A stretch of 64,000 nt of DNA from Candidatus Omnitrophota bacterium (GTDB lineage: Bacteria > Omnitrophota > Gorgyraeia > JAHJTE01): NCBI GenBank assembly GCA_018830005.1, contig JAHJTE010000002.1:331809-395808 (forward strand), read 5' to 3'. Every line of letters starts with the position of its first letter. The stretch's first letter is position 1. Positions 20,781-30,183 of the stretch are shown in pieces. The notes beneath the pieces were generated by a model, which did no database searches, was not told the origin of the DNA, and was given only the letters and a program-made list of their open reading frames with translations. Position numbers and translations under genes: made by a program.

Positions 20781-21688
20781 CTTGACCTTTTATAGCTGGG
20801 GTCTTTTATCAATTGCTTTGCAGCTAGAGCAATTTGTTCAGCGGAAGGAGTGGAATTTCGAGACTCAAAATTAACGCCAATAGATCTATCCTCTAATCCT
20901 AATGCCTTTAGGGGCTTCCCGGTCTCCAACATCAACTGGTAGGCTATAGATTCAGATGCGCCACAAATTTCAAATCCGGCATCGATTACCAGCCCCGCCC
21001 TGCTATTACTTAGTGCTGCTATGATATGTTCCTTCTTAAACGGCTTTAACCATGCAACATGAGCAATATTACAACTAATGCCGTCCTTCTTTAAAATAGC
21101 TGCAGCCTCTTCTACTTCAAAACGAGCTGCTGAAATTGGAATTAATGTTATATCCGCGTCATTATCTGAATTTGTAAACTCTTCGGTGTTCTCAAAACTT
21201 GCTCTATGTTCACTAACGAACATGGGATCATCGTGCTCCATAAAATCATTCCAAGCCTGCTCATATTCAGTTGGTGTCATAGGAGAACAAACCCTCATAC
21301 CTGGCATATGCATAAATACGCTATGCAATACACCCGAATGGACACAACCCGCATCTTCCTGGGCTAATGCCCTTACAAATATAGGCATTAAAATTCCAAA
21401 AATATCTTTTGCCTTAGCAGCGTAATTTACTAACGTACTGCTATTAAGCCACATAAAATCTTGAAAACGAATTACAATAATAGGCCGTCTTCCTGTAATA
21501 CCTGCGCCGCAGGCAATACCCATATTTGATACATCTGACATAGGCAATTCAACCAGATTCTTAGAATTAGGTACTGTTTCGTTAATCCAGCCAACAGCTC
21601 TAATACATTGACCAAGTAGAAGGCCGTTATTTTCCTCAAGGTGCCTGCGAGTAATTTCTTTTATTGTCCCTGCAACTGTTTTCGCCAT
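20777..21688 (-). CDS. TPP-dependent dehydrogenase E1 beta-like / transketolase pyrimidine-binding and C-terminal domain protein
   Basis: 303 aa with Pyr-domain and transketolase-C-like segments; 4-bp overlap with the downstream rSAM gene and a 28-bp overlap with the E1 alpha-like gene. Confidence 0.6.
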   Translation of the reverse strand: MAKTVAGTIKEITRRHLEENNGLLLGQCIRAVGWINETVPNSKNLVELPMSDVSNMGIACGAGITGRRPIIVIRFQDFMWLNSSTLVNYAAKAKDIFGILMPIFVRALAQEDAGCVHSGVLHSVFMHMPGMRVCSPMTPTEYEQAWNDFMEHDDPMFVSEHRASFENTEEFTNSDNDADITLIPISAARFEVEEAAAILKKDGISCNIAHVAWLKPFKKEHIIAALSNSRAGLVIDAGFEICGASESIAYQLMLETGKPLKALGLEDRSIGVNFESRNSTPSAEQIALAAKQLIKDPSYKRSR

Positions 21689-22488
21689 AACTCTCCTACA
21701 TATCTTTTCATCTCATTCTCAATTAGTTTTGCATTAGAGATCTTCTTTTTTACCTCAGACAATCTATCTTGCTTAGGCGATCCATCATTACCTATACCAA
21801 CATGCCAAAGATGTCTACAGGTCTTTATATTAATAAAGGCGGGGAGACATTTAGTTAATTTCTTAATGCTATCAAAAATTATCTCAGGATCATCTACGAT
21901 TGATTCACTGACTAGCCCCATCGCCTTTGTTACGTCTGGAATCTTCCAATTTCTTCTTACCTCAATAGGCGTCAAAATAGACAAGTTGTTATCTTCACAA
22001 ACATACAAAATTGGCAATTTATTCTTTTCCGCAAAACCATAAGAGGATAATACATAATCCTCTTCGGCTGCTGCATCTCCGAAATAAACAACAGTAGGCT
22101 TTCCAGAGGCTAGGCAATAACCTGTAGCTAAAGGGATGTTTTCCCCTATAAGGCCATTATGGCTATACATAGGAATATTCAGATCTTTGATGCAAGGCGA
22201 TCCCCCCCTACCTTCACAACAGCCCGATCTTCTTCCTAATAACTCGTCAATGAGACGCTCGATATCGCCTCCGTACGACAAATAGGTTGAATGACAACGA
22301 TGTTGAGTAAAAACTGCGTAACCTTCTGTAAGAGCAGACATAGTTGCAGAAATTGCTTCTTGGCCTACTGACAAATAAACTACTCCGGGAACAAGGTTCT
22401 TTTTTACAGCTTCAACTACCTGAAACTCAAAATAACGAATAAGGCACATCTTCCTAAATATCTCTTCTAAATTTAGCTTTTTTTCCAT
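21661..22488 (-). CDS. TPP-dependent dehydrogenase E1 alpha-like subunit
   Basis: MCLIRYFEFQVVEAV…GVVYLSVGQEA resembles the pyruvate/acetoin dehydrogenase E1-alpha N-terminus; a GDAAAEE TPP-binding region. Confidence 0.65.
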   Translation of the reverse strand: MEKKLNLEEIFRKMCLIRYFEFQVVEAVKKNLVPGVVYLSVGQEAISATMSALTEGYAVFTQHRCHSTYLSYGGDIERLIDELLGRRSGCCEGRGGSPCIKDLNIPMYSHNGLIGENIPLATGYCLASGKPTVVYFGDAAAEEDYVLSSYGFAEKNKLPILYVCEDNNLSILTPIEVRRNWKIPDVTKAMGLVSESIVDDPEIIFDSIKKLTKCLPAFINIKTCRHLWHVGIGNDGSPKQDRLSEVKKKISNAKLIENEMKRYVGELWRKQLQGQ

Positions 22489-23627
22489 TTCTTATATAGG
22501 ATTAAAATATCACCATCTGTTAAAGATCTATTTTTTGCGGCATTATTTTTGCAAAACTTTAGGAATCCTCTCAGCTCTTCCTCTTCTAAATCAAGCTTTA
22601 GCTTTTTTAGTTTTTGCTCTAAGGCGCGCCTACCAGATAATTTTCCAATAACGAGTTGATAACCATCCAGGCCTATGTCTTGTGGATTTAAAAGCTGATA
22701 TGTTCGATTATATTTAATCATGCCATCTTGATGAATCCCTGATTCATGCAGGAATGCATTTGCCCCTACGATTGCCTTATTGGATGCAATTTTTATCCCC
22801 GATAATTCTTCAACTAACTTACTTGTATTTATAATTTCTTTCGTATTTATATAGCTTATATCTTCTTTAAATACATCTTCCCTGGCCTTTAGCGCCATAA
22901 TAACTTCTTCGCAAGCGGCATTTCCAACACGCTCTCCTATCCCATTAATGGTAACCTCTACTTGTCTGGCGCCTGCCTTTATCCCTGCCAAGGTATTTGC
23001 TACCGCCAATCCTAAATCATTGTGACAATGGGTGGAGACAACGATATCTTCTGGTAATTCCTTCGTGATGCTACCAATTAAAAAAGCATATTCTTCAGGA
23101 GTCGCATAACCAACTGTATCGGGCAGCTCAATTGTCAATGCACCTGCTTGCACGCAGGACTTACATACTTGTATAAGATAATCCAATTCGCTGCGAGTTG
23201 AATCCTCCGCAGCAAACTCGACATCTTGCCTAAAGCTCTTTGCATATTGAACCATTTCCACGCAAAGATCCAAAGCCTGCTGAGGAGAGATATTAAATTT
23301 ATGTTTCAAATGTATATCAGAAGTGCCCATTACAACTTGAATACGCCCTTTTTTTGCCTCGCCTAGAGCTTCTGCTGCCACCTCTATATCCTTTTTATGC
23401 GCCCTACACATGGTACTGATGATAATTGAATTTCCGAATTCCTTCGCGACAAGATTTACGCCTTTAGCATCTTGCTCAGAAGCTATAGGAAATCCTGCCT
23501 CAATAATAGGAAGTCCTAGCTTCACCAACTGCTCAGCGATCCTCAGCTTTTCTTCTGGTAAAAAATTTACGCCTGCTGCTTGCTCGCCGTCTCTTAAAGT
23601 AATATCATTTATTAACAAGTCTTTCAT
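22473..23627 (-). CDS. 2-isopropylmalate / homocitrate / citramalate synthase family (DRE-TIM metallolyase), short form without the LeuA regulatory domain
   Basis: LRDGEQ motif and the [16 protein letters not shown] signature; 384 aa. Confidence 0.75.
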   Translation of the reverse strand: MKDLLINDITLRDGEQAAGVNFLPEEKLRIAEQLVKLGLPIIEAGFPIASEQDAKGVNLVAKEFGNSIIISTMCRAHKKDIEVAAEALGEAKKGRIQVVMGTSDIHLKHKFNISPQQALDLCVEMVQYAKSFRQDVEFAAEDSTRSELDYLIQVCKSCVQAGALTIELPDTVGYATPEEYAFLIGSITKELPEDIVVSTHCHNDLGLAVANTLAGIKAGARQVEVTINGIGERVGNAACEEVIMALKAREDVFKEDISYINTKEIINTSKLVEELSGIKIASNKAIVGANAFLHESGIHQDGMIKYNRTYQLLNPQDIGLDGYQLVIGKLSGRRALEQKLKKLKLDLEEEELRGFLKFCKNNAAKNRSLTDGDILILYKKWKKS

Positions 23628-24813
23628 TTCTCTTCACCACCTTCATATTCTTTGTCTCCATTAATACCTTCTTCATCTTTTCACAAGCCTCTTCAATAAT
23701 TTCAGGCCGCCTCATATAACAAAGTCTTATATAACCCTCCCCATATTCGCCAAAACAAGTTCCAGGAAGCAACACAACATTGCACTTCTCTAAAGCAAAA
23801 TCAGCAAACTGAGTACTGCTCATGCCTGTGCCTTTTATATTTGCAAAAACATAACAGGCGCCTTCCGGAAGACAACAAGAAACTCCCGGAATCTCATTTA
23901 ACTTCTTTACTATTAAATCCCTTAAGGATTTGTACTGCCTAATCCTATCCTCAATAACACTCTGGTCACCCTTTAAGGCACTTACACCCCCATATTGTAT
24001 AAAAGGAGGTGTACAAGAATAAATCGTTTGAAAAAGGCTGCCCATTTTTTCTATGACCTCTTTTGGACCTATTGCATAACCCAGGCGCCATCCAGGCATT
24101 GAATAGTTTTTGGCAAATCCATTTAGGATAATCGTACGCTCTTGACATTTATCAAGAGAGCTAGGGGAAAAATGCTCACCGTCGTAAATAATCTTAGAAT
24201 AAATTTCATCGCTTAAAAGATAGGTATCGTTATCTTTGGCCACTTTAGCAATAGCCTCCATCTCTTCCTTAGTCAGCACTGCGCCTGTGGGATTCTGGGG
24301 TGAATTTACAATTATCAGACGAGTCTTATCGGTAATCCGCTTTTCTATTGCATCGGCTTGTATATGGAATTTACTCTCTTCTTTAATAGGCACGCCAACC
24401 TTCTTTATGCCAGTATAATTCGTCACAGCCAGATAGGTGGAAAAGCCTGGGTCTGGATAAAGCACCTCTTCTCCCGGATTTGCCACGCAGCGCATTACAA
24501 AATCTATGATGCCATTTGCCGGCATAACCACTACTTGATCCAACTCTGGTTTAAAACCCAACGTCTCATGGGCATATTCACAGATGGCTTCCTTTAACTC
24601 AGGGATGCCTGCTGAATCAACATAATGAGTACAGCCATTATCTAAGGCCTCTTTAGTTGCATCTATTATGTGCTGATGAGCCCTAAAATCTGAATCGCCA
24701 ATCTCAAAATGAAAAATTTTCTTTCCAGCCTTCTCCATCTTCCTTATTTTAGCCATAAGCTTAAACATTGGCTGACCGATTAGTCCTTGCGTAATCTTAG
24801 CTAGTTTTTTCAT
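23605..24813 (-). CDS. Class I/II PLP aminotransferase (aspartate/aromatic aminotransferase-like)
   Basis: 402 aa; NSPQNPTG motif, SFAKNY (PLP-Lys region), and a GYIR C-terminal region. Confidence 0.75.
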   Translation of the reverse strand: MKKLAKITQGLIGQPMFKLMAKIRKMEKAGKKIFHFEIGDSDFRAHQHIIDATKEALDNGCTHYVDSAGIPELKEAICEYAHETLGFKPELDQVVVMPANGIIDFVMRCVANPGEEVLYPDPGFSTYLAVTNYTGIKKVGVPIKEESKFHIQADAIEKRITDKTRLIIVNSPQNPTGAVLTKEEMEAIAKVAKDNDTYLLSDEIYSKIIYDGEHFSPSSLDKCQERTIILNGFAKNYSMPGWRLGYAIGPKEVIEKMGSLFQTIYSCTPPFIQYGGVSALKGDQSVIEDRIRQYKSLRDLIVKKLNEIPGVSCCLPEGACYVFANIKGTGMSSTQFADFALEKCNVVLLPGTCFGEYGEGYIRLCYMRRPEIIEEACEKMKKVLMETKNMKVVKRNERLVNK

Positions 24814-24858
24814 TACGTTCTCCCTAAATAAAAATTTTCTGTTATTAATTCGCTGTAA

Positions 24859-25569
24859 TTAATGCCAAATGAATACTTCTCTTAAAACTTGAAAAAGATA
24901 AGCTGCTCCCCATTTAAAAACCTGTAATTTTGCTTCTCCGCCGATTCTTTTTGGTTCATCACCGGGGATCTCAGCAACTTTAAGTTTCCTTTTTGCTGCC
25001 CGAACTGACAATATCGGCTCCCAGCCGATTTTAGTCCTAAATAATTTCTCGGGTGTAGAATAAGTAATATCTTTATCTAAATCCAACTCTCTGACTAAAC
25101 TCTTTTTATATATTCGAAAGATATTCATAACATCTGTGTATTTACCGCCGTGTAATAAGTTCATGAGAGTAGTGAACATCCAATTGCCAAAGGCCGTAAC
25201 TGGAGTATCATCATAACTTTTAGCTCCTTTGGCGTAACGAGACGCAATAACCATGTCATAGCCTTCTTTCATCTTCTCGATTAATTTAGGAATAAGTTCA
25301 GGGATACAATTCCCATCCGGACTAAAGGTAATAAGTACCTCACTATTGACAGCTTCAAGGGCATCTATAAATGCATTACGCACGCCTGAACCTAGGTGCT
25401 TTTCAAATATTAAAGTCCAGCCATTCTCTTTAATGTAATCAATTGTCCCATCTGTAGAATAGCCATCAACAAAAACAATCTCATCGACCCACTCTCTTTT
25501 TATTCTGGGCATAATTTGTTTTAGACCATCAATTTCGTTAAGCGTAGGAATAAGTAAAGCTACTTTCAT
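24859..25569 (-). CDS. GT2 glycosyltransferase, polyprenyl-phosphate sugar synthase (DPM1/ArnC-like)
   Basis: LIPTLNE…VDGYSTDGT and DxD-type motifs; 236 aa soluble GT2. Confidence 0.7.
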   Translation of the reverse strand: MKVALLIPTLNEIDGLKQIMPRIKREWVDEIVFVDGYSTDGTIDYIKENGWTLIFEKHLGSGVRNAFIDALEAVNSEVLITFSPDGNCIPELIPKLIEKMKEGYDMVIASRYAKGAKSYDDTPVTAFGNWMFTTLMNLLHGGKYTDVMNIFRIYKKSLVRELDLDKDITYSTPEKLFRTKIGWEPILSVRAAKRKLKVAEIPGDEPKRIGGEAKLQVFKWGAAYLFQVLREVFIWH

Positions 25570-25596
25570 TCTTTGACCCCTTTCTAAGAATTAAGA

Positions 25597-26124
25597 TTAA
25601 TCGAACTCACTTCTTTTCCCTAAAATAATGATTTTTAATGCTATTATAATTTTTGAAATCCATAAAACAGTCGGCTTTCCAATATAATATTTACCATCTT
25701 TAAATATTATCTGACCACTGTTAATTAATCTATTCGTTCTCTTTTGGAATATCTCCTTGGCGCTGTATCGATTTAGAAGCTCTCCTAACTTGAGTCCGTC
25801 TCCTGCCTCATATAATTCCCTTAATATTCTTATACGACGTGCTGTCTCGCCTAAATTTATAAAATGAAAATAACAATAACCCAGACAACCGTAGCCTATC
25901 AAATTTATAACAAAAATATCACTAAGGCCTTCTAAGGAAACCTCTGGCCTAAAGGAGATAAAAGAGGTGAAAAATAAGAGATACAAAATGCCAATAACAA
26001 ATCCCAAATAAATTGAGTTCAATAATCCTATTTGTTTAAAATATCTAAAACTAAGTAGTTGTACTAAGACATTTATAATAAGGCAAATAACTGGCATAAA
26101 AACTAGAAAATAATCAAAAGTCAT
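25597..26124 (-). CDS. Small membrane protein with a C-terminal soluble domain (paralog 1)
   Basis: 175 aa; about 3 N-terminal TM helices; the C-terminal domain (…DGKYYIGKPT…) is similar to the neighbouring 26133..26645 product. Confidence 0.4.
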   Translation of the reverse strand: MTFDYFLVFMPVICLIINVLVQLLSFRYFKQIGLLNSIYLGFVIGILYLLFFTSFISFRPEVSLEGLSDIFVINLIGYGCLGYCYFHFINLGETARRIRILRELYEAGDGLKLGELLNRYSAKEIFQKRTNRLINSGQIIFKDGKYYIGKPTVLWISKIIIALKIIILGKRSEFD

Positions 26125-26132
26125 CTTATGAT

Positions 26133-26645
26133 CTATCCACCTTTTTCTAATCTGAGTAACTTACGATAAAAAACAAACAGCTTTGCTACTAAGGCTCCTG
26201 TTGCTCTTAACTTGTATTTGCCATTGCCAACGTAGATCATCTTCGCGGTAAGAAGATCATTCAATCTCGGCAATACTAAAACATCGTCATTCATATTTTG
26301 CTGTAACATATTTTCATCCAAGCCATTAGGACCTGCCTCATGGACTTTCATAACCATGACCAGAGAGGGACTATCTACCTCTAATCCTGAATAGGTCACA
26401 ATATAGGCTAATGTCAAAGAAATAAAAAGAATGCAAAGTTTTAGATATCCTAGAGGTAAGACTCTAGCGAAAATATCAGCTTGATTTGAAGATGTCCTCA
26501 AAAACAAAATCCCAACTAGCAAGATAGATAGAAAAATCAAAAACAATACATTAGTTTGATTTTTTGGGATACGAATCTTCCAAATTGCAAGATGAATAAA
26601 AAATGCTATTACAAATAGAACTATGCCATATAATAAAACGCTCAT
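26133..26645 (-). CDS. Small membrane protein with a C-terminal soluble domain (paralog 2)
   Basis: 170 aa; same architecture as the neighbouring 25597..26124 product (…EAGPNGLDENML…NGKYKLRATG…). Confidence 0.4.
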   Translation of the reverse strand: MSVLLYGIVLFVIAFFIHLAIWKIRIPKNQTNVLFLIFLSILLVGILFLRTSSNQADIFARVLPLGYLKLCILFISLTLAYIVTYSGLEVDSPSLVMVMKVHEAGPNGLDENMLQQNMNDDVLVLPRLNDLLTAKMIYVGNGKYKLRATGALVAKLFVFYRKLLRLEKGG

Positions 26646-26649
26646 AAAA

Positions 26650-27369
26650 TCAAAACTTCCCTTTAGTTATCGTTGCCTTATTAGCTTCTTTCCAGCTCAT
26701 ATAGAAATCATTTAATTTTTTAAACTCAAAGTAAGTCTGCAATGATGCTCTTGCCTCTGATACGACAAATCCAGAATACCCAGCCCTCCTAATCAAATCC
26801 AACATATATAAACTATGATCTGGCGATTGATGCAAGTGTGTATGCCATAAATCGCTACCAAAGACATAACCGGTCAAATGAATATGGGAGGCATCTTTTA
26901 TAACCGGTAAAAATTCCTCTTCATATACACCGCAACATTCTAACTGTAAATGCTCCACATCCAGACATCTGCCCAACCCAAATCGCCTCATAAATTTCAA
27001 AGGTTCATGCACGCTATGGGTATTTTCAACGCAGAGCTTAGTCTTAATGGGTGTAAAAATCTTTGTTATATCCAGCCATTCATCCTCCCAATAAATATTA
27101 TGAAAGACAACGATTTTTGCGCCGATTGCTTTCACTAACTCTGATAATTTATCTGGAGTTCCTAAGTCATGCGGTGCATGTACAGCATAGCTAAATGAAA
27201 ATCTCCTGCACAAAGCTATGAGGACATCTAGATTCCCTAGCATCTGTCCGTTTAGATAAAGTTCAACTCCACAGATGCCGGCCTTTTCAATATCGGATAA
27301 GATTCTCAGCTCTGGGGCAGACTTTACTGCCAAAACAATATCATTAATTTTATTCATAACTCTAGACAA
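26650..27369 (-). CDS. Sugar phosphate isomerase/epimerase (xylose-isomerase-like TIM barrel)
   Basis: 239 aa; the pattern of His/Glu/Asp metal ligands fits AP-endonuclease-2 / xylose isomerase-like barrels. Moderate confidence from composition and context. Confidence 0.5.
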   Translation of the reverse strand: MSRVMNKINDIVLAVKSAPELRILSDIEKAGICGVELYLNGQMLGNLDVLIALCRRFSFSYAVHAPHDLGTPDKLSELVKAIGAKIVVFHNIYWEDEWLDITKIFTPIKTKLCVENTHSVHEPLKFMRRFGLGRCLDVEHLQLECCGVYEEEFLPVIKDASHIHLTGYVFGSDLWHTHLHQSPDHSLYMLDLIRRAGYSGFVVSEARASLQTYFEFKKLNDFYMSWKEANKATITKGKF

Positions 27370-27389
27370 ACTACTAAAGCCTTAGATCT

Positions 27390-28157
27390 CTAACCAGATG
27401 AGCGTCTTATTGCCGTCAATGAATCTTTGGCAAAACCTGGTTCGCCTGCCTTATCTTTTTTAAAATAGAAATCTCTCAACAAGCGCAAATAACCACTAGC
27501 AACATGTAGAAGTGAAGGAAAACTAACAGCCTTGGAAATACCGTGTTCCCTTACGTCAAGCCTATATGGGACTTCAGCGAAGAGATAGCCTCGCTTTGCA
27601 GCTCTTATCAGTATGTCTGTCTGAAAGAAAAAGCCATTACTCCTAAATTTGAGCTCTTTTAAAATGGATTTTCTATAAAGTATGGTGCCATTTGTGTAAT
27701 GGAAGTTAACAACAAAAGTAGTATTAATAATAAAACGATAAATGAAAGAGAGAGCATTCCTGAATAAAGATCTTGCGTTTTTGTTAAAGACAAAAGGAAT
27801 AACTATATCTACCTGTTCAAGCAATTTGTAGTAACGCAAAATTTCCAAAGGGTCATTTTCATTATCCCCAGGCATCCAAAGCACAAAATCACCACCTGCC
27901 TTATCCACCCCATCCCAGAACGATGTCCCTACGCCTTTGGGCTTAGAGTGCGAAAGAATTTTAACCTTAGGATTCTTCTCCTTTAATATCTTTACTAAAT
28001 CTTCTGTCTTATCACAACTTCCGTCGTTAACTACAATAATCTCACCCTCAATATTAAAAACCTCAAAGGCCCTCAGGATATTCTCAATAGTTGCGGTGAT
28101 ATTCTTTTCTTCGTTAAGTGCAGTTACAACTACTGATACGCCTTTAACTTTATCCAT
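27390..28157 (-). CDS. GT2 glycosyltransferase, polyprenyl-phosphate sugar synthase-like
   Basis: VVVTALNEE…VNDGSCDKT…WMPGDNEND, typical of DPM-synthase-type GT2. Confidence 0.7.
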   Translation of the reverse strand: MDKVKGVSVVVTALNEEKNITATIENILRAFEVFNIEGEIIVVNDGSCDKTEDLVKILKEKNPKVKILSHSKPKGVGTSFWDGVDKAGGDFVLWMPGDNENDPLEILRYYKLLEQVDIVIPFVFNKNARSLFRNALSFIYRFIINTTFVVNFHYTNGTILYRKSILKELKFRSNGFFFQTDILIRAAKRGYLFAEVPYRLDVREHGISKAVSFPSLLHVASGYLRLLRDFYFKKDKAGEPGFAKDSLTAIRRSSG

Positions 28158-28178
28158 AATTTACTGTTTATCTAACCT

Positions 28179-29270
28179 TTAAACAAAATTAACATGCTCA
28201 GGTGGATTTTTTAACTGCCAAACAAACTCATTTATAGCGTGAGTCCTACAATTTGAGTAACATTTATTAACATCAATTTGTGCAACTTTTTCCACTATCT
28301 TCCAGTATCTATCACTTCTGATTATGTCTTTGAAAGACTCCTTAGTTAAATCACCCATGCGATATTCTTTCTCCATGCTAGTATCCTTATCAAAACACAT
28401 ACCGCAAGGATATATTCTTCCCTCACCGCTTGAATATAACAAAAATGGCACGCCAAGGCATTGTTTATAACCTCTTTCTCCTCTATTTGCGATCTTCCAC
28501 CATTTTATTATCACATTATAGTTCTGCTGACTTTCACTCTCTGCCTCTTTCAGTACTTTTTGGAAATTCTCATATTCAGCAAGTTTACTATATACACCAA
28601 TATCGCTTTCTACTGTATCACTGCACTGTTTTACGACCAAATAATCTACCCCTAATTCCTTACCAAGTTTTGCTAAAGGAACTACCTGATCTACATTTGT
28701 AGGAGTTAAAACCATCTGAAGACCGACAGTGACACCTAATTTCTTTCTTTTTTTAGTCTGGACACAGAATCTTATTTTCTCAACTGCCGTAGAGAATTCC
28801 TTGCTACGATGAACTCTTAGATAAGCTACATCACTAGCAGCGCTGATGTTAAATCTTATCCAACTTAAATGTTCTAATGCCTCCTGGCCTGCTTGGCCTG
28901 TATCAAATAAAATACCATTCGTACCCATAGAGACATCTACGCCAGCTCTTTTAGCCTCTACTATTGCTTCGTAGACATGGGGGTTCAGTAATGGCTCGCC
29001 TTCCCCAATAAGCCCAAGAGACCTGACCCCTGCCTCAGGAGCTTCTCTTACATATCTTAAGAGGGCTTCTCGTGGGAAGAATTTATCAGCACCTTTCTTA
29101 TAAAAATTTCCCTGGAGCACTCCAAAACAGTACTCGCATCTAATATTACAACCTTTGCTTAATCCTACATCTATATGTATGGGAACAATCCTCTTGCCAT
29201 TGAGCCAGTCAGTAACTCTATCCAGGTGCCAATAAAGTTTATGTCCATCCATTATATATTTATCAATCAC
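28179..29270 (-). CDS. Radical SAM enzyme with a C-terminal SPASM/twitch-like Cys cluster (paralog 1)
   Basis: GCNIRCEYC (CxxxCxxC) near the N-terminus; a C-terminal C…GEGRIYPCGMC auxiliary-cluster-like motif; the tail ends …NPPEHVNFV. Confidence 0.7.
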   Translation of the reverse strand: MIDKYIMDGHKLYWHLDRVTDWLNGKRIVPIHIDVGLSKGCNIRCEYCFGVLQGNFYKKGADKFFPREALLRYVREAPEAGVRSLGLIGEGEPLLNPHVYEAIVEAKRAGVDVSMGTNGILFDTGQAGQEALEHLSWIRFNISAASDVAYLRVHRSKEFSTAVEKIRFCVQTKKRKKLGVTVGLQMVLTPTNVDQVVPLAKLGKELGVDYLVVKQCSDTVESDIGVYSKLAEYENFQKVLKEAESESQQNYNVIIKWWKIANRGERGYKQCLGVPFLLYSSGEGRIYPCGMCFDKDTSMEKEYRMGDLTKESFKDIIRSDRYWKIVEKVAQIDVNKCYSNCRTHAINEFVWQLKNPPEHVNFV

Positions 29271-29283
29271 GATTCAATCTCCG

Positions 29284-30183
29284 TCAAATTTTGGCTTTTA
29301 TCCTATCGCAATATTCTCTTACGGCGTCTTGCCAAGGCCTTAAGCTGGGGATTTTCTCAGATTTCAGCGGTGTATTAGTATTTTTTATACAGGTAAAAGG
29401 GAAATCTTTATAAGATGCCTTCTGAATCTCAGCATCCAATTTAAGACATTTAATAATCTCTTTCATTAATTCAAACAATGATGCCTTGCCTTGGTTAGCT
29501 ATATGATAAAGCCCAAAGGCAGAGCTTGACCTTAGAATACGCAAGATCTCCCCTGCTACATCTCTACTGTATGTTGGCGATGAAATAATATCAGCAGCAA
29601 TCTTTAAAGCCTTTTGCCCTTGTTTTATTCTTTGTAGCATCTTTTCAACGAATTGATTGTCTTTTGTAGTTTCACCAAACAATACAGATACTCTAAAAAT
29701 ATAATATGTCTTCGCTATTGCCTGTATGAGACAATCAGCACCATACTTTGTAAGCCCATATAAATTTAGAGGATGAGGCGCATCACTTTCAACATAATAA
29801 TCCTGTTTTTCATCATTAAAAACAGCATCTGTACTAAAGTGAACCAGCAAAAATCCGTATTCATTTGAAAGTTCAGCTAACGCTTTAGGATATAGGGTAT
29901 TTACTGCCAGGGTATCTTGCGGGTCATCTGCGCAAGGATCAAGGCCTAAGGAGGCGACAGTATTTAAAACTACCTCTGGCTTATTTTCTTTAATAAGTGC
30001 GTGAACCTGTCTTGAGTCTCTTGCATCAAAATCCTTGCTATTTTTCCCGATGACCTCAAAATCATTGTTTGTAAAAACCTCAGTTAAAGCAAGTCCCATT
30101 TTGCCTGTGGAACCAAGCAATAAGACTCTTCCTTTTAAAGGATTAGGAAGGCCTATCCCTGTGGATAATACCCTTTTACTCAT
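29284..30183 (-). CDS. NAD(P)-dependent sugar 4-reductase, RmlD (dTDP-4-dehydrorhamnose reductase)-like
   Basis: LLLGSTGKMG Rossmann motif and YGLTK catalytic motif; 299 aa. Confidence 0.65.
   Translation of the reverse strand: MSKRVLSTGIGLPNPLKGRVLLLGSTGKMGLALTEVFTNNDFEVIGKNSKDFDARDSRQVHALIKENKPEVVLNTVASLGLDPCADDPQDTLAVNTLYPKALAELSNEYGFLLVHFSTDAVFNDEKQDYYVESDAPHPLNLYGLTKYGADCLIQAIAKTYYIFRVSVLFGETTKDNQFVEKMLQRIKQGQKALKIAADIISSPTYSRDVAGEILRILRSSSAFGLYHIANQGKASLFELMKEIIKCLKLDAEIQKASYKDFPFTCIKNTNTPLKSEKIPSLRPWQDAVREYCDRIKAKI

Noticed and set aside
22473-23627. Interpreting the LeuA-family gene as housekeeping leuA misplaced in the operon
   Set aside because: It cannot be excluded from sequence alone, but the protein lacks the C-terminal LeuA regulatory domain (384 aa). 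It is also translationally overlapped with the E1-alpha-like and aminotransferase genes. I therefore treated it as part of the glycan module, with uncertainty stated in the findings.
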